Shown here piece after piece: positions 25,355 to 33,009 of a stretch of DNA of 64,000 nt. Location of the stretch: the NCBI GenBank assembly GCA_050729515.1, contig JBOHLG010000002.1:124352-188351 (forward strand), given 5' to 3'. The notes under the pieces were generated by a model. That model was not told the DNA's origin. It searched no databases and was given only the letters and a program-made list of their open reading frames with translations. Within the stretch, counting starts at the first letter, position 1; each line of letters starts with the position of its first letter. The stretch is from Caulobacteraceae bacterium (GTDB lineage: Bacteria > Pseudomonadota > Alphaproteobacteria > Caulobacterales > Caulobacteraceae). The position numbers were made by a program, and so were the translations under genes.

Positions 25355-25458
25355 CCAATCCGAGATCATTGGAGAATTATTGGACCCAATCCGAGATTCG
25401 GTGGACACAGGGCGAGACGAAACGAGACGAAACGAGACGATTCGAGACTCCGAATCTC
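25355..25458. repeat. Iteron-like direct repeats plus an inverted repeat
   Basis: CCAATCCGAGAT occurs twice (25355-25366 and 25386-25397). About four tandem copies of a 10-nt unit follow: CGAGACGAAA, CGAGACGAAA, CGAGACGATT, CGAGACTCCG (25413-25452). CCGAGATTCGG (25388-25398) is inverted relative to CCGAATCTCG (25449-25458). Confidence 0.6.
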
Positions 25459-25474
25459 GCGCGCGCTCCCTTGC

Positions 25475-25660
25475 TCAAGCCACTGAAATCAACGTGGAAA
25501 TGGCCTCACGCCCGCAGCGAGCCAGCGCCGCGCGGGCCCGTGAAGCGAGACTCTGGATGCCCATCGCCCGGCCGATGTTCCTGGATGGCCGACATAAGGT
25601 CGGCCATGTCGGAATGGGGGAGGCGGCCGCCCGACGAAGCGTGTAGGCGGAAAGACGTAG
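25475..25660 (-). pseudogene. Possible decayed 3' end of a tyrosine-recombinase (integrase) gene
   Basis: Two minus-strand frames read YTLRRAAAS / HSDMADLMSAIQEH / GIQSLASRARAALARCG. They loosely match the integrase C-terminal pattern HDLRRTAAS-HMAD(L/M)G...A(V/I)LNH...G(V/I)Y.R......(K/R).AL.RW, but only with a frameshift and deletions. It is truncated by the APC permease gene. Confidence 0.25.
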
Positions 25661-25681
25661 GTCCTCGGGAGGGAGGGGGCG

Positions 25682-27124
25682 ATGAGCGAGGGGGCGAGGA
25701 TCGCCCAGCCAGTCGGCGCCGGCGGGCGCGGCGCGTCGCTCGAGCGGGCGATGCCGGGCGTCGGCGGGCTCCTCCTCACCCTTTCCAACATCACCCCCGC
25801 CGCCTCGGTCTTCGTGATCGGCTCGCAGGTGATCGCCGAGGCCGGGTCGGGAGCGATCTGGAGCTTCGTCTTCGCCGCCGCGATTTGCGTTCCGGTGGCC
25901 CTGGCCTACGCCGAGCTTTCCAGCGCCTTTCCGGTCGCCGGCCAGGAGTATTCGCTGGTGGGTAAGACGCTCGGCCCGCCGTTCGGCTTCGCCGCGCTCG
26001 GGCTCAATGTCCTGGGCGGAGCGTTCAGCCAGGCGGTGACGGCGCTGGGCCTCGCGGTCTATCTGGCGATCGCCGTCCCGGGCGTCCCGGTCCTCGCCAC
26101 GGCGATCGGAGCGACGGCGGCCTGCACCTTGATCGCCATCCTCAACATCCGGGTGAACGCGCTCGTCACTGGCCTCTTCCTCTTCTGCGAGCTGGCGAGC
26201 CTCGGCGCGGTCGCCTGGCTCGGCCTTTCCCATCCGGCGCGCGGGATCGGGGCGGTCCTTCTGCATCCCCTGGCGCGAAGCGCGGCGGGCGGCCTCCTCC
26301 CGGCGTCGGTCTCGACCATCGCCATTGGCGCCGCCGGAGCGATCTTCGCCTTCAGCGGATTCGGCTCGGCGGTCTCCTTCGGAGAAGAGATCGTCAAGGT
26401 CCGCTCCAGGATCGGCTGGGTGATCGTCCTCGCCCTCCTCTTGGCCGCGGTCTTCGAAGTGACCCCGATCTTGGGCGTGGTGCTGGGCGCGCCGGGTCTT
26501 CCCGCCCTCCTGGCGAAGGCCTCGCCAGTCACCGCCTTCATCTTCGAAGGTGGAGCGCTCTTCGCCCGCCTCGTCGCCGTGGGCGTCGCCATTGCGATCT
26601 TCAACGCCATGATTGCAACCAGCCTCATCAACGCCCGCCAGGTCTTCGCCGCCGGCCGCGACAAGGCCTGGCCGGCCCCGCTCAACCGCTTCGCCGTCCT
26701 TGTCCATCCGCGCCTTCGCTCGCCCTGGCCGGCCACCCTCTTCGGGGGCGTCCTCACCGCCGCGATGTGCCTGATGCGCCTCCAGGATCTCGTCCTCCTC
26801 ACCGCGACAGGGCTCCTGGGCACCTATGCGATGGTCGCCGCCGGCGCGCTCCGCGGCCGCCTCACCGGCGCCAGCGCCCAAGCCTCCTGGCGCGCCCCCG
26901 CCGGGAAGGCGGTCTTCCTCCTGGCGCTCGCCGGGGTCCTCGCCATCGCCTGGGCCGAGTGGGAGGATCGCGCGACCGGCCGGCCCAGCCTCCTCGCCAA
27001 CCTCGCCATAATGGCCGCCTTCGCCCTCTATTGGGCGCTCTTCGCGAGACGCAAGGGCGTCTGGGCCTTCACCGGGCCGGGGGGCGCGCTGCTCGTGGGG
27101 CCATCGGCGGAGGCCCGCCCATAA
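25682..27124 (+). CDS. APC-superfamily amino acid/polyamine permease
   Basis: It is a 12-TM-type sequence. The N-terminal run LSNITPAASVFVIGSQVIAEAGSGAIWSFVFAAAICVPVALAYAELSSAFPVAGQEY is typical of APC permeases. Confidence 0.85.
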   Translation: MSEGARIAQPVGAGGRGASLERAMPGVGGLLLTLSNITPAASVFVIGSQVIAEAGSGAIWSFVFAAAICVPVALAYAELSSAFPVAGQEYSLVGKTLGPPFGFAALGLNVLGGAFSQAVTALGLAVYLAIAVPGVPVLATAIGATAACTLIAILNIRVNALVTGLFLFCELASLGAVAWLGLSHPARGIGAVLLHPLARSAAGGLLPASVSTIAIGAAGAIFAFSGFGSAVSFGEEIVKVRSRIGWVIVLALLLAAVFEVTPILGVVLGAPGLPALLAKASPVTAFIFEGGALFARLVAVGVAIAIFNAMIATSLINARQVFAAGRDKAWPAPLNRFAVLVHPRLRSPWPATLFGGVLTAAMCLMRLQDLVLLTATGLLGTYAMVAAGALRGRLTGASAQASWRAPAGKAVFLLALAGVLAIAWAEWEDRATGRPSLLANLAIMAAFALYWALFARRKGVWAFTGPGGALLVGPSAEARP

Positions 27125-27135
27125 GCGGCGCCCAC

Positions 27136-27867
27136 ATGCTGAGCCTTCTTGGCATCCTCGTGGTCGTCGTCGGCCTCTTCTTCCGTATGAACCCGATCCT
27201 GGTGGTGACGACCGGGGCGATCGTCACCGGACTCCTGGGCGGACTTCCGCTGCACGGCGTGATCGCCGCGCTCGGCAAGGCGTTCAACGAGGCCCGCTTC
27301 ATCTCCATCGCTTTCCTCGTCCTGCCGGTGGTGGGCCTGCTCGAGCGCGCCGGTCTGCAGGAGCGCTCCGCCCATCTGGTCTCGCGCCTGCGCGGCCTTT
27401 CGGTCGCGCGCCTCCTGGGAGGCTACATGATCGTGCGTCAGCTCTCCGCCTCGTTGGGGCTTCCCATCGGCGGCCAGGCCAACATGGTCCGCCCGCTCCT
27501 CGCGCCCATGGCGCTCGCCGCCGACGAGGCGAAAAACGGCCCGGCCGAGGAGCGGCGCTCGGCGCTCATCCGCGCCCACGCCGCGGCGGTGGACAACATC
27601 GGAGCCTATTTCGGCGAGGACATCTTCATTGCGCTGGGATCGGTCCTCCTCATCGTCGCGGTGCTGCGCCAGAACCGGATCGAGATCGCCCCGCTCCAGG
27701 TCGCGTTCTGGGCCATCCCCACCGCGCTTCTCGCCCTGGCGGTCCATCAGACCCGGATCTTCCTTCTCGGGCGCACTCTGAGGGAGGCGAAACCCGCCCC
27801 GGCGGGCGGGGCGAGCGAGGGTGAGGAGGAGGCGCCGCACGCGGAGCCCCAAGGGCAGTCGAGATGA
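27136..27867 (+). CDS. DUF969-family membrane protein
   Basis: I trimmed the start to ATG 27136 (MLSLLGILVVVVGLFF...). The sequence pattern, and its pairing with the overlapping downstream DUF979 gene, match the DUF969/DUF979 pair I remember. Confidence 0.75.
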   Translation: MLSLLGILVVVVGLFFRMNPILVVTTGAIVTGLLGGLPLHGVIAALGKAFNEARFISIAFLVLPVVGLLERAGLQERSAHLVSRLRGLSVARLLGGYMIVRQLSASLGLPIGGQANMVRPLLAPMALAADEAKNGPAEERRSALIRAHAAAVDNIGAYFGEDIFIALGSVLLIVAVLRQNRIEIAPLQVAFWAIPTALLALAVHQTRIFLLGRTLREAKPAPAGGASEGEEEAPHAEPQGQSR

Positions 27868-28814
27868 TCGGGATCGGCTTCGCCTATGTCCTCGCCGGCC
27901 TCGTCTTCGCCGTCATCGCTCTCTTCAGCGCGCTGGATGGCGCCAATCCCAAGCGGTGGATGAACGCGGCCTTCTGGGGCCTCTTCGCCGCCAGCTTCCT
28001 CTTCGGGAATGTTCTGGGCGACTTCGCCAACGGCGTCCTCGTCATCGCCCTGGTGCTGGTGGGCGGGATCGGGGGCCTGGGGATCGGGGCCCCGGCGACG
28101 ACCAGCGCTCCGGAGCGGGCGGCGAGCGCCAGGCGCCTGGGCGAGCGGGTCTTCCTTCCCATCCTCGCCATTCCCGTCGTCTCGATCGCCGGCACGCTCC
28201 TCCTGGCCCACATCCGGATCGGCGCCGCGCCGCTCGTCGATCCCAAGCAGGTGACGGTAATCTCGCTGGCCCTCGGCGTCATCATCGCCATGGTCCTCGC
28301 CCAGGCCCTGATCCGCGCTCCGCTCAGGGCCGGAGCGGAGGAGGGGAGGCGGCTGATGGACCAGGTCGGCTGGGCGGCGATCCTGCCCCAGCTCCTCGCC
28401 GCGCTCGGCGCCGTTTTCGCCCTCGCCGGTGTCGGGGGCACCGTGAGCCGGCTCATCGGAGCCTGGATCCCGCTGGACAATCGCGTCGTGGTGGTCGCGG
28501 TCTACTGCGTGGGAATGGCGATCTTCACCCTCATCATGGGAAACGCCTTCGCCGCCTTCCCGGTCTTGACCGCCGGCATCGGCGCCCCGCTCATCGTTGG
28601 CAAGTTCGGCGGCGATCCGGCCGTGATGGGGGCGGTGGGCATGCTCGCCGGCTATTGCGGGACCCTGATGACGCCCATGGCCAGCCAGAACATCGTACCG
28701 GCCGCCCTGCTCGAACTCAGAATAGGGGCGGTGATCCGCGCCCAGACGCCGACCGCCCTCTTCGTCCTTTTGGGCAACATCCTCCTCATGGAATTCCTGG
28801 TGTTCCGCTTCTGA
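27864..28814 (+). CDS. DUF979-family membrane protein
   Basis: It overlaps the DUF969 gene by 4 nt. It is polytopic, with the N-terminus MIGIGFAYVLAGLVFAVIALFSALD. Confidence 0.75.
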   Translation: MIGIGFAYVLAGLVFAVIALFSALDGANPKRWMNAAFWGLFAASFLFGNVLGDFANGVLVIALVLVGGIGGLGIGAPATTSAPERAASARRLGERVFLPILAIPVVSIAGTLLLAHIRIGAAPLVDPKQVTVISLALGVIIAMVLAQALIRAPLRAGAEEGRRLMDQVGWAAILPQLLAALGAVFALAGVGGTVSRLIGAWIPLDNRVVVVAVYCVGMAIFTLIMGNAFAAFPVLTAGIGAPLIVGKFGGDPAVMGAVGMLAGYCGTLMTPMASQNIVPAALLELRIGAVIRAQTPTALFVLLGNILLMEFLVFRF

Positions 28815-29842
28815 TGCACAGCCTCGATCTTTCCACCGCTTCGCGCCTCGCCCGCCTCGCCCTTTCCCACGTCGAGCGCGAGCATCCGGTCGCCCTTATC
28901 CATGTCGAGAGCGCGCCGGGCGATCTGGCGAGTCAGCGAGCACTCCACCCCGTCTTCTTCGGAAGCTTCGACTGGCATTCTTCGGTCCATACCCACTGGC
29001 TTCTGGCCCGAGTGCTGCGCCGATTTCCCACAGTCCCGGAGGCTCAGGCGATCCGTGCGCGTCTGTCAGCCGCCTTCACGCCGGCCAATGTCGCGGCCGA
29101 GATCGCCTATTTCGAGCGGCCGACCGCCCACGGCTTCGAGCGCCCCTACGGATGGGCCTGGCTCCTCAAGCTGGTGGCCGAGCTGGACAAGGCGGAAGGC
29201 GACGAGGCGCGCGCCTGGGCCGAAGCCCTCGAGCCCCTCGCTCGCCTTCTCGCCCGCCGCTTTGAGGCATTCCTTCCCAGGGCCGATTATCCGGTCCGCG
29301 CCGGGGTCCACTCCAACACCGCCTTTGCGCTCTGCCTCGCCCTCGAGTGGGCCCGCGGGGCCGAGGAAATCGCGCTTGAGCAGCTGATCTCGGCCAAGGC
29401 GCGCGCCTGGCACATGGCCGACGCCGACTGTCAGGCCTGGGAGCCATCGGGCGACGACTTCCTCTCTCCGGCCCTCGTCGAGGCCGAGCTGATGGGCCGC
29501 GTTCTTCCCAAGGACGAGTTCCGGCCCTGGCTCGCGAGGTTCCTGCCGAGGCTCGGGGCGGGCGAGCCGGCGAGCCTTTTTGCCCCGCCGACGGTGAGCG
29601 ACCGGAGCGATGGTAAGATCGCCCATCTCGACGGTCTTTCCCTCTCCCGCGCCTGGTGCTGGCAAGGGATGGCGGCAAGGCTCGGGGCGCGTGATCCGAT
29701 GGCCTCGCGGGCTCAGGAGGCCGCCGAGCGCCACCTGGAGGCGGGCCTCGCTCATCTTGCCGGCGACTACGCTGGCGAGCACTGGCTGGCGAGCTTCGCC
29801 CTTCTGGCGCTGGAGGGAGCGCCGGGCTTAGGGGAGGACTGA
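28814..29842 (+). CDS. DUF2891-family protein
   Basis: I trimmed the start to ATG 28814 (TGATG overlap with the DUF979 stop). HPVFFGSFDWHSSVHTHWLLARVL and RAGVHSNTAFAL are motifs I associate with DUF2891. Confidence 0.65.
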   Translation: MHSLDLSTASRLARLALSHVEREHPVALIHVESAPGDLASQRALHPVFFGSFDWHSSVHTHWLLARVLRRFPTVPEAQAIRARLSAAFTPANVAAEIAYFERPTAHGFERPYGWAWLLKLVAELDKAEGDEARAWAEALEPLARLLARRFEAFLPRADYPVRAGVHSNTAFALCLALEWARGAEEIALEQLISAKARAWHMADADCQAWEPSGDDFLSPALVEAELMGRVLPKDEFRPWLARFLPRLGAGEPASLFAPPTVSDRSDGKIAHLDGLSLSRAWCWQGMAARLGARDPMASRAQEAAERHLEAGLAHLAGDYAGEHWLASFALLALEGAPGLGED

Positions 29843-29892
29843 ACCATGGCCGAGCCTCCGGGCGAGGAGGCCGCCGCCCGCCACAACGAGGC

Positions 29893-31236
29893 CTAAGGCA
29901 CCGCCGCCGGCGCCGCCCTGCGCAATCTGGGCCACCCGATGTTTGGAAAGAGGAAGACGCCCACCAGGCTCACCGCGATGGCGAAAGTCAGGTACCAGCC
30001 GAGCATCATCGGCCGATGGGTGATGTGGATCAGCCACTTGATGACGAACTGCGTGGCTCCGCCGAAGATGCCGATGGCGAGGGCATAGACGGTGCCGAAC
30101 GCCGCCGAACGGATCTGCGGGGGAAGGCAATCGACCATGGTTGCATAGGAGGCGCCGTTGCACAGAGGCCCGATGGCGGCGAGCAGAGAGGTGCCGGCGA
30201 AAAGGACGAGGATGCTCGGATGGCCGGTGATGAAGAGGAAGACGATCGGCGAGAGGACGAGCGCGGCGACCAGCGGCCAGATCATCAGCGGCGCGCGGCC
30301 GAAGCGGTCGGCGAGCCTCGCCCCGATCCAGATTGCGCCCATTCCGATGAGGGTGGTCAAGACCGTGCGGCCAAAGGCGACGTTGGCGTCCATGTGGAGC
30401 GAATCCATCGCCCAGGTAGTGAGATAGTTGGTGGCGTAGGTCGACATGGTCCCGCCGACCAGGAAGATGAAGCTCGCCGCCAGGACCCTCTTGTGGTCGC
30501 GAACCCTGGTCGCCGGGATCGCCGCCGTCGCCGGGTGGGAGGGGCCTGCCGGCGGCTTCGCCTCGAGGGTCTCGGGAAGCTTGGCAAGCACCCAGAGGCC
30601 ATAGGGAACGACCGCGACGCCCAGCAAGAACACGATCCTCCATCCATAGGCCTGGACCGCGGCCGCCGGCATGAGGAGGGTGATCCCAAGCCCGATCGCG
30701 GAGCCCGCCACCACCGCGCACTGCTGGGAGATCGCCTGGAGCGAGGTGTAGAAGGCGCGCTCCTTCTCCGGCGCCGCCTCGAGCAGATAGGCCGTGGAGG
30801 GTCCGACTTGGCCGCCGAGCGCGAAGCCCTGGATCAGGCGGAAGAGGATGAGGAGGGCCGGGGCGATCCACCCGATCGCCTTCGCCGGCGGGGTGGCGGC
30901 GACGCCGAGCATGCCCAGGCCCATGAGGCCGAAGGTGAGGAGCATGGCCGGCCGGCGGCCGAACCGGTCGCCCACCGATCCCAGGACGATGCCACCGATG
31001 GGTCTGGCGAGGAACCCCACCCCGAACGTCGCCAGGGAAGCCAGGAGGCTCGCCGAGGCGCTGTGGGAGGGAAAGAAGGCCCGGCCGATGTAGATGGCGA
31101 AAAGGGCGTAGGTAATGAAGTCGTAGAAATCGAGCGCATTGCCGGCGCTGACCGCGACGATATGGGAGATCGGGACCGCGCGAGGCACCGGACCGGGCGG
31201 GGTAAGGATCTCCGCGGCGGGCGCGTCGGCGGCCAT
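29893..31236 (-). CDS. MFS transporter (metabolite:H+ symporter, MHS-like)
   Basis: GNALDFYDFITYALFAIYIG, GVGFLARPIGGIVLGSVGDRFGRRPAM and RLIQGFALGGQVGPSTAYLLEAAP are typical of the MHS family. Confidence 0.85.
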   Translation of the reverse strand: MAADAPAAEILTPPGPVPRAVPISHIVAVSAGNALDFYDFITYALFAIYIGRAFFPSHSASASLLASLATFGVGFLARPIGGIVLGSVGDRFGRRPAMLLTFGLMGLGMLGVAATPPAKAIGWIAPALLILFRLIQGFALGGQVGPSTAYLLEAAPEKERAFYTSLQAISQQCAVVAGSAIGLGITLLMPAAAVQAYGWRIVFLLGVAVVPYGLWVLAKLPETLEAKPPAGPSHPATAAIPATRVRDHKRVLAASFIFLVGGTMSTYATNYLTTWAMDSLHMDANVAFGRTVLTTLIGMGAIWIGARLADRFGRAPLMIWPLVAALVLSPIVFLFITGHPSILVLFAGTSLLAAIGPLCNGASYATMVDCLPPQIRSAAFGTVYALAIGIFGGATQFVIKWLIHITHRPMMLGWYLTFAIAVSLVGVFLFPNIGWPRLRRAAPAAVP

Positions 31237-32582
31237 CAGATCGCCTTTTGACGCACCGGGGGCTCGTCCTCGTTGGCCGGTTTGGGCATCGCCTTGGCCG
31301 GCGCGGTCTCAGGAGCGAGCACGGCGGCGATGAGGGCGAGCGAGAGGGCGCCCATCATGTACCAGCCGGGGACCATGTGATCGCCGGTGGCGGTGAGGAG
31401 GGCCTTCAGGACGAACTGGGTCGAGCCGCCGAAGATCGAGATCGCGAAGGCGTAAACGAGGCCGACGCCGCTTGCGCGGATGCCGCCGGGCAGGCTCTCG
31501 GTCAAAAAGACGATCACCGGGGCCGAATTGATGTTGGTGAGCGCCGCCAGGACCCCCATGCCGATGAAGAGCGTGGCGACCGAGGGCTCATGGACGATGA
31601 ACCAGAAGGCGATCGGGGCGGCAATGATCGCCGGGACCGTGGCCCAGATCATCAACGGCCGCCGGCCCCACTTGTCGCTGATCCAGCCCGCCCAGGTCAC
31701 GGCGACGAGGCCCACGACGCCGGCCACCACGCTGACCCCGAAGGAGACGGGCCCGCTCATCTTGAGAGTGTCGAGGGCGAAGGTGGTGATGTAGTTGCTC
31801 GAATAGGTGACCATCGTCCCGCTGGTCAGCAGCAGGAACCCCAGGATGATCGCGCGTCGGTGGGCGAGGACGAGGCGGCCGAGCGGGACCTTGACCGCGG
31901 CGCCGAACCGTTTCGCCTGCTCGACGGCGCTGAAGGTTTCGGGGACCCGGGCCCGCAGCCAAAGGCCGATCGGAACGATCACGACGCCTATTCCGAAGGC
32001 GATCCGCCAGCCGTAGGCCTCGGTCTCGGCCGGCGACAGGAAGCTGGTGATGGCCAAACCCGCGACGGGGGCAAGCAGGCTCGCCACGCCCTGCGAGGTG
32101 TACTGCAGGCAGGCGTAGAAGCCGCGGCGCTCCGGCGGCGCCGCCTCCAGCATGTAGGCCGTGGAAGGCCCCACCTGGCCGCCGAGCGCAAAGCCCTGGA
32201 TCATCCGCCAGGTCACTGCGAGCGCCGGTGCGAAGAGGCCGATGTGGGCGAAGGAAGGCGTCACGGCCAGCCCCGCCATCCCCAGACCCATCAAGGCGAT
32301 GGAGATGACCATCGCCGGGCGACGGCCGATCCGGTCGCCGAGCGGTCCCAGGACCATGGCCCCGATCGGTCGGGTCAGGAACCCCACACCGAAGGTCGCC
32401 AGGGCCATGAGCAGATTGGCCCCGGCCGAACCGCCGGCCGGGAAGAGGTCTCGTCCGATATAGACCGCGAAAAAGGCGAAGGTCAGGAAGTCGTAGAATT
32501 CCAGGGCGTTGCCGATGGTGACGGCGGCGACCTGGGCGATAGTGGGCTTGGAATGGGCGATAGGCTCGTCCGCCTCCTCCAT
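31236..32582 (-). CDS. MFS transporter (MHS-like), tandem paralogue of the downstream gene
   Basis: It shows the same motif set (GNALEFYDFLTFAFFAVYIG, GVGFLTRPIGAMVLGPLGDRIGRRPAM, RMIQGFALGGQVGPSTAYMLEAAP). Its stop overlaps the next start by 1 nt (TGATG). Confidence 0.85.
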   Translation of the reverse strand: MEEADEPIAHSKPTIAQVAAVTIGNALEFYDFLTFAFFAVYIGRDLFPAGGSAGANLLMALATFGVGFLTRPIGAMVLGPLGDRIGRRPAMVISIALMGLGMAGLAVTPSFAHIGLFAPALAVTWRMIQGFALGGQVGPSTAYMLEAAPPERRGFYACLQYTSQGVASLLAPVAGLAITSFLSPAETEAYGWRIAFGIGVVIVPIGLWLRARVPETFSAVEQAKRFGAAVKVPLGRLVLAHRRAIILGFLLLTSGTMVTYSSNYITTFALDTLKMSGPVSFGVSVVAGVVGLVAVTWAGWISDKWGRRPLMIWATVPAIIAAPIAFWFIVHEPSVATLFIGMGVLAALTNINSAPVIVFLTESLPGGIRASGVGLVYAFAISIFGGSTQFVLKALLTATGDHMVPGWYMMGALSLALIAAVLAPETAPAKAMPKPANEDEPPVRQKAI

Positions 32583-32598
32583 GATCCGGCCTCCCAGA

Positions 32599-32703
32599 GC
32601 GCATCCCGCAAAAGTGGGAATACTTTTGCCACAAGGATGCGCTCAAGATTTTGAGTCTGATGCATTTCCCCGCGAGGCGACTCCAGCTCGCCGGAAAATG
32701 CAT
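32599..32703. promoter_or_regulatory. Two large inverted repeats in the MFS/ClC divergent intergenic region
   Basis: A nested hairpin GCGCATCC-c-GCAAAAGT-gggaat-ACTTTTGC-cacaa-GGATGCGC spans 32599-32642. A second repeat, ATGCATTTcCcCGCGAG...CTCGCCGGAAAATGCAT, spans 32660-32703. Confidence 0.5.
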
Positions 32704-33009
32704 AAGGGGGCGCGCCCTCGCTCGCCGCCGAGCCTAGAGGCTCCTTCGCGCCTCGCAAAGGCTCATTATCGTCGCCGGAGCGGGGCTCGGCTGTGATCTC
32801 GCCGGCACCCTTGATTTCTCGAACCACGCCGACGCCTGGCCAGCGGCGGTTGAATCGCGCGCCGCTAGAAGTTCGTCAGATTGAGACGCCTCATTCCGAA
32901 GCTCTCGTTTGGAAGCTTGAATCACGATCCAGCTTGGGCGTGAATTGCCTCAGGCCCAGTTACCGGTACAGGACCAAGATGGCCCCCACCTGATGCAACA
33001 AACCTGACC

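Noticed and set aside
25413-25452. The tandem 10-nt repeats as a CRISPR array.
   Set aside because: The units are contiguous with no spacers and are far shorter than CRISPR repeats. I report them as an iteron-like array instead.
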